Origin: a virus
Taxonomy: Duplodnaviria; Caudoviricetes
Virus record (IMG/VR): IMGVR_UViG_3300048599_000781
Span: 1-53,835 of that record
Length of the DNA stretch: 53,835 bases
Direction: 5' to 3' (one strand)
Part shown: one piece after another, positions 1 to 8,346 of the stretch
Layout of the letters: the number at the start of each line of letters is the position of its first letter
Numbering within the stretch: position 1 is the stretch's first letter
Notes under the pieces: generated by a model
What the model saw: the letters and a program-made list of their open reading frames with translations, nothing else
Told to the model about the DNA's origin: nothing
Databases searched by the model: none
Made by a program: the position numbers and the translations under genes

Positions 1-58
1 TTAGAGCGGTGGATTCATAACCCACAGGTCGGCGGTTCGATCCCGCCCCCAGCTACCA
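1..58 (+). tRNA. tRNA-Met(CAT), 3' part (5' end outside window); prophage integration target
   Basis: D-arm end TTAGAGC, anticodon arm GTGGA-TTCATAA-CCCAC with CAT at 16-18, T-arm GGCGG-TTCGATC-CCGCC, acceptor 3' strand CCCAGCT-A-CCA. Elongator Met rather than Ile2 or fMet is inferred from the acceptor stem. Confidence 0.9.
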
Positions 59-1653
59 ATCGTCCCCAACTTCGGCGCTGCGTGCTCGGCCGGGTCCTTG
101 AGGAAGCGGCTTAGGTCGCCGTGCAGGGTGATCTTCACCGGGCCGCCCTTGGCTTCGCTCAAAGGAGTGATGGCGATGTGGTCGACCAGGCCGCGCACGC
201 TCTCGATCAGGCCTCGATTGGCGGCGGCTTCTTCAGGATCGCGCTGGGCGTCGGCGAGGGTGGCCTGCAGCTTGGCGACCTGGACGGCGTAGGTCTCGGC
301 CGCGCGTGGGTGGAGGGCGACGACGGGCGTGGGCGGCATGTCGCCCTTCGCCAGGCGCTGCTCGATCTCCTCGCGCTCGGCCTCGAGGCTCACCAGGCGG
401 TCCCGCATGGCCTTGGTCGCCGAGCCGTCGCAGATCGCGTCCACCAGCCGCTCGATCGTGCGGCCCAGCTCGGCCGAGCGCTTCTCCAGCGGGCGGCGCT
501 CCTCGCGGTGGGCGCGGGCCTCGGCCTCATAGGCGTCGCGATAGGCGTTGACATAGGCCCGGACGGCCGCCGGCGACAGGAGGCGCGTGCGCAGGCCGTC
601 GAGGGCGCGCAGCTCGACCTCATTGCGGCGGACCGAGCGGTTGTTCGTGCAGAAGGCGGCGCCACGCTCCTTGTTGCCAGCGCAGTAGAGCACGCCGGCC
701 CGATGGGCGGTGTAGGACGATCCGCAGCGGCCGCATTTGAGCAGGCCGCTGAACAGGGAGGGTGAGCGCTTGTGCGTGAGGTCGGTCGCGCGCTGTTGCG
801 ATTCGGCCTGCCGCCGCGCGCGGACCTGCGCCCAGAGCGCCTCGGGCACGATCCGCAGGTGCGGAACCGGGGTCTGGCGCCACTCGCTTTCCGGCTTCAT
901 GACCGGCGTGCGCTTGCCGGTCATGGGGTCCTTCTTCACGACCATGCGGTTCCACACCTTCACGCCGGCATAGAGTTCGGTGTTGAGGACGCCGTTGCCG
1001 CGCTGACGGGAGCCGAGGATGGAGCTGGCGTTCCACCAGCCGCCGCGCGGTCCCTTGATCCCGGCGCGGTTGAGGCCGTCGGCGATCTCGCGGCCGCTAT
1101 GGCCGTCCACATAGTCCTGGCAGATGCGGACGATGATCGCCGCCTCCTCGGGCACGATCACCATGTCGCCGCCTGGGGCGGAGCGGTAGCCGAACAGGCG
1201 CGAGCCGGTGGCCAGGCCCTTCTCGGCGTTGGAGCGCATGCCGCGGCTGGTCTTCTGGCCCAGGTCGATCAGGTACTGCTGGGAGATCAGGCCTTTGAAC
1301 GCGACCTCCATCAGGCCGACCTTGTCGGTGGAGAGCGTGGCGATCGAGACGCCGGCGGCCGAGAGGCGATTGTAGAGGTGCGCCTGGTGTTCGAGGTTGC
1401 GGGCCAATCGGTCCATGTCCTCGGTCAGCAGCACGTCGTAGGCGCCGGCCTCGGCCGAGGCGAGGGCGGCGTTGACGCCTGGCCGGTTGGCCATGGCGAA
1501 GCCCGAGATCGCCGCGTCGGTGAAACTGGCGACGACGGACCAGCCCTGGCGTTCGGCGTGGGCCATGCAGACGGCGACCTGATCGGCGATCGAGCGCTCA
1601 TTCTGCCGTTCGTCGGAATATCGGGCGTAGATGGCGGCGCGCACGCGTGTCAC
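1..1653 (-). CDS. int: Large serine recombinase (integrase)
   Basis: N-terminal YARYS catalytic motif, DRLAR motif, recombinase domain, Zn-ribbon (LKCGRCG...YC...C) and coiled coil; last codons run antisense through the tRNA. Confidence 0.95.
   Translation of the reverse strand: MTRVRAAIYARYSDERQNERSIADQVAVCMAHAERQGWSVVASFTDAAISGFAMANRPGVNAALASAEAGAYDVLLTEDMDRLARNLEHQAHLYNRLSAAGVSIATLSTDKVGLMEVAFKGLISQQYLIDLGQKTSRGMRSNAEKGLATGSRLFGYRSAPGGDMVIVPEEAAIIVRICQDYVDGHSGREIADGLNRAGIKGPRGGWWNASSILGSRQRGNGVLNTELYAGVKVWNRMVVKKDPMTGKRTPVMKPESEWRQTPVPHLRIVPEALWAQVRARRQAESQQRATDLTHKRSPSLFSGLLKCGRCGSSYTAHRAGVLYCAGNKERGAAFCTNNRSVRRNEVELRALDGLRTRLLSPAAVRAYVNAYRDAYEAEARAHREERRPLEKRSAELGRTIERLVDAICDGSATKAMRDRLVSLEAEREEIEQRLAKGDMPPTPVVALHPRAAETYAVQVAKLQATLADAQRDPEEAAANRGLIESVRGLVDHIAITPLSEAKGGPVKITLHGDLSRFLKDPAEHAAPKLGTIGSWGRDRTADLWVMNPPL
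45..59 (+). repeat. attL core GCCCCCAGCTACCAA
   Basis: Identical to 52309-52323; overlaps the tRNA 3' end and the integrase 3' end. Confidence 0.9.
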
Positions 1654-1805
1654 GCGGCGTCGGGCCGCGGCTCCTGGCTGGCTTGTTGCTGGGCGGCATA
1701 GTCCCGGCGGGCGTTCATCCGCGCAAGGCCTTGGATGATGCGCAGCAGTTCGGGCGGCGGATCTTCTTCAGCCGGCGCCGGTGGCGGCGCAGGGTGGAGG
1801 CTCAC
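1650..1805 (-). CDS. Small 51-aa protein coupled to int (possible directionality factor)
   Basis: Not in the ORF track. GTG at 1805 overlaps the upstream stop and its TGA overlaps the int GTG; translates MSLHPAPPPAPAEEDPPPELLRIIQGLARMNARRDYAAQQQASQEPRPDAA. Confidence 0.6.
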   Translation of the reverse strand: MSLHPAPPPAPAEEDPPPELLRIIQGLARMNARRDYAAQQQASQEPRPDAA

Positions 1806-2056
1806 GTTGCGTCGCTCGCGGCGCCGCCTCCGCGATCCAGTGTGCGGCGCACGGCGCGCACCCGATCCTGGGCGTGGTCGGCGATCTCCTGGATGACCCA
1901 GGCTTGCCGGCGCGGGTCGCTCGGGTAGTTGAACATGCCGCTGCCGACCAGGAGGCTTTCGGCCAGGATGTTCAATGCGACGGGATCTCGCCCGGCGCTC
2001 TCGATCATCGCCTGGAGCGGGCGGGGGGCCGCCTCATTGTGGCGGTCAGCCGGCAT
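1802..2056 (-). CDS. Hypothetical early protein
   Basis: ATG 2056 with upstream GGAGG; part of a chain of overlapping minus-strand ORFs. Confidence 0.6.
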   Translation of the reverse strand: MPADRHNEAAPRPLQAMIESAGRDPVALNILAESLLVGSGMFNYPSDPRRQAWVIQEIADHAQDRVRAVRRTLDRGGGAASDAT

Positions 2057-2270
2057 CGCGGGCCTCCTGCGCCGCGGCGCGGCGCGCTTCGCGGTAGGCG
2101 CGGCCCGCAGAGATCGCCCGCCGTGCGCAGGCGATGAACACGGCGCGCTTGACGTGCGACGTCGTCGCCCAGCGCTCGGGCAATTCAGCCGTTTCCCAGA
2201 ACCCATCGCAAATCGCGTGCGCGATGGTCAGTTCGAGGGTGGCCTCGATCACGGTGGCGGGCGCCTTCAT
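2046..2270 (-). CDS. Hypothetical early protein
   Basis: ATG with RBS; abuts neighbours in the leftward operon. Confidence 0.6.
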   Translation of the reverse strand: MKAPATVIEATLELTIAHAICDGFWETAELPERWATTSHVKRAVFIACARRAISAGRAYREARRAAAQEARDAG

Positions 2271-2271
2271 G

Positions 2272-2547
2272 TCAGGCCTCCCCGCGGGTGCGGCCGAGCA
2301 GGTCGGCGATCACATCGGCGTTGCCGGCCTCGATGTTGCTGGAGACGACCGCCATCACCTGTTCGGCGGTGAAGCGTGTCTGGTCCTGCAGGGCGACGAG
2401 CTGGCCGAGCGTGTAGGCGACGACGGCGCACAGCTCGATCGGGTCGAGGGCGGCGTGCTGGCGCAGCGCCGCCTCCAGCGTCCTGCGGGCGGCGAGCTGC
2501 GCCGGGGTTGGCGGCTTCGAGGTCAGGGAGCGCTGGTCAGCGGGCAC
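2272..2547 (-). CDS. Hypothetical early protein
   Basis: GGAGG upstream of GTG; helical 91-aa product; coupled to neighbours. Confidence 0.65.
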   Translation of the reverse strand: MPADQRSLTSKPPTPAQLAARRTLEAALRQHAALDPIELCAVVAYTLGQLVALQDQTRFTAEQVMAVVSSNIEAGNADVIADLLGRTRGEA

Positions 2548-2830
2548 GGCTGCGGGCCTCCGAAATGGCGCGGAGCCGCGGGGCGTCCGGGGTGAAGTCG
2601 GCCAGCGCGCCTTCGCGGTCGGCGGTCAGGCGGATCGCTTCGTCGCAGGCGGCGACGTAGTCGATGAAGAGCGGGCGGGCGTCATCGCCGTCGTGGGCGC
2701 GATAGGCGCGCCATTTGGCGTTGATGTCCCGGCGCAGGGGGATGGGGAGGCCGTACCAGTGGTCGCGGCAGAGGAAGCCGCTTCCACCTCGGCGCGCCGT
2801 GCAACCCACGGCCTTGCAGGCGGCGCTCAT
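2537..2830 (-). CDS. Small Zn-finger-like phage protein
   Basis: CxxxxC...CxxHW motif (CKAVGC...LCRDHW); ATGA overlap with the upstream gene. Confidence 0.7.
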   Translation of the reverse strand: MSAACKAVGCTARRGGSGFLCRDHWYGLPIPLRRDINAKWRAYRAHDGDDARPLFIDYVAACDEAIRLTADREGALADFTPDAPRLRAISEARSRAR

Positions 2831-3078
2831 AGCCAGGTCTCCAGGATGACGGGGTCGTCGTCGGGCGTCCGCGCGATGCGGACGACGCCGACGCCGAGCC
2901 GCGCGGCCGAGGCGCGGACCTGCTCGCGCAGGGCGTCGAGGTCCGGATCGGCGAGGACGTGCTGCGTGGCGCGCGGCCCTTCCGGACCGCAGAGCCAGAG
3001 GCGGGCGACATAGTTCTGCGGATTGTCCAGCGGGTGGTCGTAGACGGTCCACATCGGCAGGTGGGTCGCGAAGTTCAT
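2827..3078 (-). CDS. Hypothetical phage protein
   Basis: MNFATHLPMWTVYDHPLDNP...DDDPVILETWL; ATGA coupling at both ends. Confidence 0.7.
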   Translation of the reverse strand: MNFATHLPMWTVYDHPLDNPQNYVARLWLCGPEGPRATQHVLADPDLDALREQVRASAARLGVGVVRIARTPDDDPVILETWL

Positions 3079-3365
3079 GCGGCGTCGTCCAGGGCCTGGC
3101 CGGTCGCCTCCAGGCCGCCCAGGCGGGCCTGTTCGCGCACGCCGTGCGTGGTCAGGCAAAAGCCCGCCGCGTCCTTGCGGAGCAGGCCGACCCGCGACAT
3201 GGCGCGGAGCGCATGCTGAAAACGGGCCTTCTCCTCGGACCTCGGCCGGGCGCGGGCGCGGGTCGCGCGGAACAGGTCGCCGAAGCGGCGCGGGCCGGCC
3301 GCCAGTTCGGCGGCGATGCGCCACCACAGGCCGCCATGGCGGAACGGGTGCTGGTCGGGGCGCAT
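3075..3365 (-). CDS. Winged-helix-like hypothetical protein
   Basis: GPRRFGDL...LRAMSRVGLL...FCLTTHG resembles a wHTH; coupled ORF. Confidence 0.55.
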   Translation of the reverse strand: MRPDQHPFRHGGLWWRIAAELAAGPRRFGDLFRATRARARPRSEEKARFQHALRAMSRVGLLRKDAAGFCLTTHGVREQARLGGLEATGQALDDAA

Positions 3366-3697
3366 CAGTGGAGCGCTCCGGCTGCGGCCGCCTCGCCGGT
3401 CGCCGCCGGCTCGCCGAGCAGGTCGAGGAGCTGCTCCAGCATGTCGAGGCGGGCCGTGCAGGCGGCGCAGTCGCAGGCGTGCTGCGCTTCGATGTTGCGC
3501 GTGGCGACAAGCAGGTGCCGGACCACGGAAATGGTCGCGTAGGTGGAGAGGCGGCTGGCCGCCGCAGTCGTCGTGGTCTCGCTCTGGCCGGCCTCGCGCG
3601 TTTCGTCGGCTGCGACGATCACCACGCCCCGGCCGGTCTTGGACGCCAGGTCGTTGGCCTTGGCCTGCAGCATCATCTGGAGGGCGCGGCGGTTCAT
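3365..3697 (-). CDS. Hypothetical protein with CxCxxC motif
   Basis: HACDCAAC; coupled to the ParB-fusion gene. Confidence 0.6.
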   Translation of the reverse strand: MNRRALQMMLQAKANDLASKTGRGVVIVAADETREAGQSETTTTAAASRLSTYATISVVRHLLVATRNIEAQHACDCAACTARLDMLEQLLDLLGEPAATGEAAAAGALH

Positions 3698-5748
3698 TGC
3701 GCGGCCTCGTCGATATGCGGGCGGGCGGCGTCGTGCGCGGCCTCCAGCAGGGCGACCACCTTGTCGGCCTCGGTCGAGGTCAGCTTGCGGCTGACGGCGC
3801 TGCGGATCAGGCGGACGGCTTCGCGATTGGCGGCGGCGAGGCCCTGGATGACGCGCCCCTCGGCCGACACCCGGCGGACCTGGTCGGCGAAGGTCGCGGC
3901 GGACGGCGGCGGCGAGAGGACCTCGATGGCGGCGGCCGGCGGAAGGTTGCTGTCGCTGGGCTGAGACGCATCGGCTTCGGTCCCGGTCGGGGTTCCGGCG
4001 CCTGGCGCGGCGGCCTCCGGCGCCTCGGCCTTGGCGGGGCGTTCGGGATTGAGCCAGGCGATGGAGTAGGGGCCGGGGCCGACCGGCTCGGCGTCGTGTT
4101 CGAGCTGGCGATAGAGCAGCAGCTCGTCGCCGATAGCGGCGCGGCCGTCCTCGATGTGCGCGCCCTGCGATCCAAGCCAGTCCAGCGACCTGTCGGTCAG
4201 GGACATCAGGGTGCGCGCGCCCATGGGGGCGACGCGGATCAGCTTGGCGAAGATCATCGGCTGGGCGCGTCGGTCGAGGTGCCAGCCCTGGGCGACTTCG
4301 GCCCCCCAGTCGCCCGGCGTGCGGGCTTGGCCCGCATGCCAGATCTTGTGCGCCAGTTCGAGGATGACGAGCTGGTGCGCCTCGTCAGGGGCCGGTTCGG
4401 GTTCGGGCTCCTGACGAGGCGCTGGCGAGGCCTGGGGCGAGGCCTCGCCGCCGTCGGCCGCAGGGTCCGGGGGGGCGGGGTCCGCTGCGACGTTCGGATT
4501 GGGGGCGTTCGGATCGGGGGCGGCGGCGAGCGGGACGGCCGGTTCGGGCGGCGGGTTCAGCTCGGGCGTGGCGTATTCGCCCCTGCTGACCGTCGTGGCC
4601 TGGAGATCGCCCATGGCGGCCCGGCGCGCGGCCAGCAGGGCGGCCTGACGCTCCGGCGAGAAATCCTCGCCGAACGCCTTCTGCTCCAGGAAGCGATGCA
4701 GGTCCTCGGTGATGCGGACCTTGGCGACCACGTCGGGACCGGCGAAGGCCCAAGCCAGCAGCTTGCGGTCGGCCAGGGCGACCAGCGGCCCGCCGACCGG
4801 GGCGGCGTAGAGGCGGACCTGGTGTTCGTCGCCCTGCTTCAGGGGGCCGACCTCGGGCCGGGCGTCCAGCAGCTCCAGCAGGGCGAGGGTCAGGCGCGGA
4901 TTGATGTCCAGGGCCGGCCGCTCCTTCTTCTCGCCGACCATGGCCCGGCACTGGTCGACGGTCAGGCGCTGAGGATCGCCGTCGGGAAGGCGGGTGCGGG
5001 CCTTGTCGGCGTCGGACAATTCGCGGGCGAACTGGATGCGCTCCTGGATCGAGCGCTTCTTGCGCACGCCCGAGCCGATCAGCCGCTCGATCTGGGCGGC
5101 CGAGCGGCCGCGATCGGCGAGGCCCTTGTAGAACTCGGCCTCGTCCATCCAGTGCAGGTCCTCGCGCTGGAGGTTCTCGACGCCCATGATCTCGAAGGCC
5201 TCGTCGTCGGTGACCTCGCGCACCTGGCAGGGGACGGCGTAGTCCTCGGCCACCCAGCGCAGGTCGCGGGCGCGCTGGGCGCCGCGCAGGCGCCGCTCGC
5301 CGATGATCAGCTCGAAGCGGTCCTGGCCGAATTCGTCCCGGCGGGCGCGGACCATGAGCGGCTGCAGCACGCCCTTGTCGGCGATGGACTGGGCCATCTC
5401 CGGGATGGCGAACATGTCGTAGGTCTTGCGCGGGTTGTCGGGATTGAAATCGATCCGGTCGATGGGGATCATCACCACGTCGCCGGCCGGGGCCGCGCCG
5501 GTCTCGTAGAGGTCGAGGGCGGCCAGCACCCGCTCGCCGGCCTCGGTGACGGCGGCGACGTGCTTGGGGCCGGTCGTGGCGCGGAAGATGAAGCCCTCCG
5601 CTTCCAGGGAGTCCAGCTTGCGGTGGATGTGGTTGGGCAGGACGCCGGCGCGGTCGGCGAGGTCCGACGGCGAGGTCGCCTCGCCGGACCGGATGGCGCG
5701 CAGCAGCGGGCCGTTCTGGGCGGCGGTCGGGGAAAAGGGGACGGTCAT
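3694..5748 (-). CDS. wHTH-ParB/Spo0J-family fusion protein with long C-terminal extension
   Basis: N-terminal wHTH; ParB motifs NPRK, GVLQPL, GERRLR, ENLQREDL; HTH; Pro-rich linker. Confidence 0.85.
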   Translation of the reverse strand: MTVPFSPTAAQNGPLLRAIRSGEATSPSDLADRAGVLPNHIHRKLDSLEAEGFIFRATTGPKHVAAVTEAGERVLAALDLYETGAAPAGDVVMIPIDRIDFNPDNPRKTYDMFAIPEMAQSIADKGVLQPLMVRARRDEFGQDRFELIIGERRLRGAQRARDLRWVAEDYAVPCQVREVTDDEAFEIMGVENLQREDLHWMDEAEFYKGLADRGRSAAQIERLIGSGVRKKRSIQERIQFARELSDADKARTRLPDGDPQRLTVDQCRAMVGEKKERPALDINPRLTLALLELLDARPEVGPLKQGDEHQVRLYAAPVGGPLVALADRKLLAWAFAGPDVVAKVRITEDLHRFLEQKAFGEDFSPERQAALLAARRAAMGDLQATTVSRGEYATPELNPPPEPAVPLAAAPDPNAPNPNVAADPAPPDPAADGGEASPQASPAPRQEPEPEPAPDEAHQLVILELAHKIWHAGQARTPGDWGAEVAQGWHLDRRAQPMIFAKLIRVAPMGARTLMSLTDRSLDWLGSQGAHIEDGRAAIGDELLLYRQLEHDAEPVGPGPYSIAWLNPERPAKAEAPEAAAPGAGTPTGTEADASQPSDSNLPPAAAIEVLSPPPSAATFADQVRRVSAEGRVIQGLAAANREAVRLIRSAVSRKLTSTEADKVVALLEAAHDAARPHIDEAAQ

Positions 5749-5759
5749 GGAGCCTCGCG

Positions 5760-6389
5760 CTATTGCGGCCAGCCCAAAGCGCTCGCGATGCAGGCGCGGG
5801 CGATCTTGAGGGCGAAGCCGAGGATGAAGATCTGCAGCATGAACACCGCGCAGCGGCGCCAGGTCGGGGGGCCGCGCCGCTCGCGCGGCGGGCGTTCGTC
5901 CTCGCCGGGGTCTGCGGCCTCGCCGGCGTCCGGCGCCTCGGGGGCGGGGTTGCGGACGAGGTTGGGGGCCAGATAGTCTGGCGCGCCGATGACGCTGAAA
6001 GGCGGGACGTCCATGGCGAAGGACGAGACGGAGGCGGCCGGAGGGCCGGTAACGGGGCCGGATCGGGGCGGCGGCGGGCGGACCGGGCGGCCGATGGCCG
6101 CGCGGATGGCGGTGAAGTCGTAGATCGTGACGCCTTGAAAAGGCGCCTGGAGGTGGGCGACGGCCAGGCGCAGTTCCACCAGGTCGAGCAGGCCGGCGAA
6201 GGTCCCGGCCCGCAGCGCGTCGTCGGCGTCGAGTTCGATCTCGAACGCGACCTCGAGGGCGACGAGCATGGCGGCGATGCGAACGGCCGGCAGGTCGGCC
6301 AGCACGGCCTCGAGCGCGGGGCGGTAGCCGAGGGCGGCGGCGACGACCTGATGGGCCTGGGCCGCCGGGGTGAGGCGGGGGGCGGTCAT
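5760..6389 (-). CDS. Acyl-carrier-protein-like domain + Pro-rich linker + C-terminal hydrophobic helix
   Basis: MLVALEVAFEIELDADDALRAGTFAGLLDLV aligns by eye with ACP helices II-IV; DSL motif replaced by PAV; ATG 6389 overlaps the upstream stop. Confidence 0.6.
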   Translation of the reverse strand: MTAPRLTPAAQAHQVVAAALGYRPALEAVLADLPAVRIAAMLVALEVAFEIELDADDALRAGTFAGLLDLVELRLAVAHLQAPFQGVTIYDFTAIRAAIGRPVRPPPPRSGPVTGPPAASVSSFAMDVPPFSVIGAPDYLAPNLVRNPAPEAPDAGEAADPGEDERPPRERRGPPTWRRCAVFMLQIFILGFALKIARACIASALGWPQ

Positions 6390-6733
6390 CGGCTGCTCCC
6401 GAAGCGGGCGCGCCGGACCAGGCCGACGCTCCGCTCCACGAGGCCGGATATGTCCGCCCGATCGCCGGGCGGCAGATAGACCGTCGCGCCGGAGGCCTTG
6501 CACGCCAGATCCGCGAGGGTTTCGATCAGCTCGGGCAGGACGAGGAGGACGGCGGCGTTGGTGACGTCCTGTTCGGTCAGACCCTCCTCGGGGCAGCCGA
6601 GAACGCAGACCACATGGCCGTCGGCGGCCAGGATGGTTCCGTCATCCAATGCTCGATAGGGGCCGGGGGAGAGCTTCAGCCCCGGCGTGGGCTTCAACGG
6701 GACGCATTCACGCTGGGCGGCAGTCGCGGTCAC
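6386..6733 (-). CDS. Hypothetical protein, first gene of leftward early operon
   Basis: SPGPY...NAAVL...PEL pattern typical of small phage early proteins. Confidence 0.65.
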   Translation of the reverse strand: MTATAAQRECVPLKPTPGLKLSPGPYRALDDGTILAADGHVVCVLGCPEEGLTEQDVTNAAVLLVLPELIETLADLACKASGATVYLPPGDRADISGLVERSVGLVRRARFGSSR

Positions 6734-6846
6734 GAGGTGTTCCCCCGTTCCGCGTCGCCGATCCCCCTAACGCAGGGCGCGCAGTACGCCTCTCACAGGA
6801 CCTCGGGCCACCATTGGCTTGCCGGTCGGGCGCGGAACGGGGTTAG

Positions 6847-6901
6847 AAACCAACCAGTTTGGTGCTGATGTCAACCGAAAACCAAACTAAATGGTGCTGA
6901 T
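6847..6901. promoter_or_regulatory. Putative OL operators, two ACCA-N7-TGGT sites
   Basis: AAACCAACCAGTTTGGTGCTGAT (6847-6869) and AAACCAAACTAAATGGTGCTGAT (6879-6901), 32 bp apart, in an AT-rich gap upstream of the leftward operon. Confidence 0.65.
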
Positions 6902-6907
6902 CCTTGC

Positions 6908-7741
6908 TCAGTACCGTCGGGTTACGCCCGCGACCAGGGCGCGAATTCGCGGGGCCGTCGAGGAGCTGGCGTCCTCGCTCGTAACGACGATTGGGTCCTT
7001 CCAGCGCGGGTTCGGTGATCGCGCCCATAGGATGATGGCGGTCGGAGTAACTTCGACTTGGCGAATGCTGAGTTCGCGTTCGGAGCTATCGAAACGGGTT
7101 CGTTCGACCTCCACAACATCGCCGGAAATCGGATTGTAGCGAATGGCTTCTGCATCGACGAGGTGGACGAGGTCTCCATCGAAAATTCGCAGGTCTTGTG
7201 CGGAATCTCCGACCGCCTCCGCCAGCCATTGGCTGGCCTGGTTGTAGCGCGGGTCCGGCGCGATGGTTGATTGGCGCCTAATCGCCTCATCCGCGGAAAT
7301 CCACGCACCTGCTTGAACCCTCTCGGAAATCTCAAGGTATTGTGGGTTGCTGTCCTTGCTGGGGGATGTGTGGCCCCTCGCTCCGGCGAGCCCTTGCGCG
7401 ATGTCTTCCTTTACGCTCCGCAGGTAGTCCGCAGGGACGCCGAGCGCGAACGCGATACGGCGCTGCGTGCCGGGCCTGAAGATGCCCGGAGCGACGCCCG
7501 CCTCGTATTTGCGCCAGCCTTGACCGCTGATGCCAAACCGGGCTCCGGCTACTTCTTGGCTGAGATCCCGTTTGGAGCGGACGATGCGGATCGTCTCGGC
7601 CCAAAGCTGAAGTTCCGCTTCGTCCTCATCCTCCGCGGCGGCGATCGCTGCCTTGATCGCGTCGTCATCGGTGGCGGCGTCATATCGTTGGGTCATCCAA
7701 CGATACTGTCGGGCGCCATTGACGGTCGCGAGCGATAGCAT
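6908..7741 (-). CDS. cI: CI-like repressor (XRE HTH + S24-like C-terminal domain)
   Basis: HTH LSQEVAGARFGISGQGWRKYEAG; VQAGAW cleavage-site motif; GDS motif; divergent from a cro-like gene. The start may be 7696. Confidence 0.85.
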   Translation of the reverse strand: MLSLATVNGARQYRWMTQRYDAATDDDAIKAAIAAAEDEDEAELQLWAETIRIVRSKRDLSQEVAGARFGISGQGWRKYEAGVAPGIFRPGTQRRIAFALGVPADYLRSVKEDIAQGLAGARGHTSPSKDSNPQYLEISERVQAGAWISADEAIRRQSTIAPDPRYNQASQWLAEAVGDSAQDLRIFDGDLVHLVDAEAIRYNPISGDVVEVERTRFDSSERELSIRQVEVTPTAIILWARSPNPRWKDPIVVTSEDASSSTAPRIRALVAGVTRRY

Positions 7742-7752
7742 GGCGCTATATA

Positions 7753-7792
7753 GCCAAACTATATGGTTGTGAAAACGACCAAATCAGTTTCC
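7753..7792. promoter_or_regulatory. Putative OR operators in the cI-cro gap
   Basis: GCCAAACTATATGGT (7753-7767) matches the OL motif; weaker ACCAAATCAGTTTCC at 7778. Confidence 0.55.
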
Positions 7793-7823
7793 GTATCCCT
7801 GGCGTCACCGAATGGGACGCTTC

Positions 7824-8132
7824 ATGGACACCGAAAACACCATTCCGCGATTGCGCCTGGTCGGGCGCACGCCCTTCGACCGCTGGCTGTGGGACCGCGA
7901 CGTCTCGAACGTCGAGGCGGCCCGTCTCCTCGGCCGCCATCCGATGACTATCGCCCGATGGCGGCTTCCGTTTTCAGATGATCGGCGGCGGACGCCGGAT
8001 CGGAACGCGGTCAGGGACATCATCAGTCTCACTGACGGAGAAATCGGGCGAAGGCATTTCGATCCGCCAGTGGATTTTAGCTGCGCCTACCCCGGCGGCC
8101 GCGTCGCAGTGGCGGGGGGGCGTCGGCAATGA
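7824..8132 (+). CDS. cro: Cro-like HTH protein
   Basis: Divergent from cI; HTH SNVEAARLLGRHPMTIARW followed by R-T-P. Confidence 0.7.
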   Translation: MDTENTIPRLRLVGRTPFDRWLWDRDVSNVEAARLLGRHPMTIARWRLPFSDDRRRTPDRNAVRDIISLTDGEIGRRHFDPPVDFSCAYPGGRVAVAGGRRQ

Positions 8133-8346
8133 CGCCTTCCAAGAATGCGACGTGCTCGGTCGCAAGCGCGAGCGTGTCCCTGCTGATCTTGAGTGCGTCC
8201 TTGAGATTGGCGAAGGCCATTGCGCTCTCGCGATCCATGGCGATGAAGCCTCTCGGGCGCGCCGGTTGTCGCTGTTCTAGAATTTGGACCAGCAACTGGG
8301 CAAGTTCGCGCTCTCTTGCGGTGAGGCCGGGTGTTCCCTCCGACAT
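8077..8346 (-). CDS. Antisense accessory gene, 89-aa helical protein
   Basis: ATG with upstream GGGGGA; plausible amphipathic helices; own upstream gap 8347-8518. Confidence 0.5.
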   Translation of the reverse strand: MSEGTPGLTARERELAQLLVQILEQRQPARPRGFIAMDRESAMAFANLKDALKISRDTLALATEHVAFLEGVIADAPPPLRRGRRGRRS

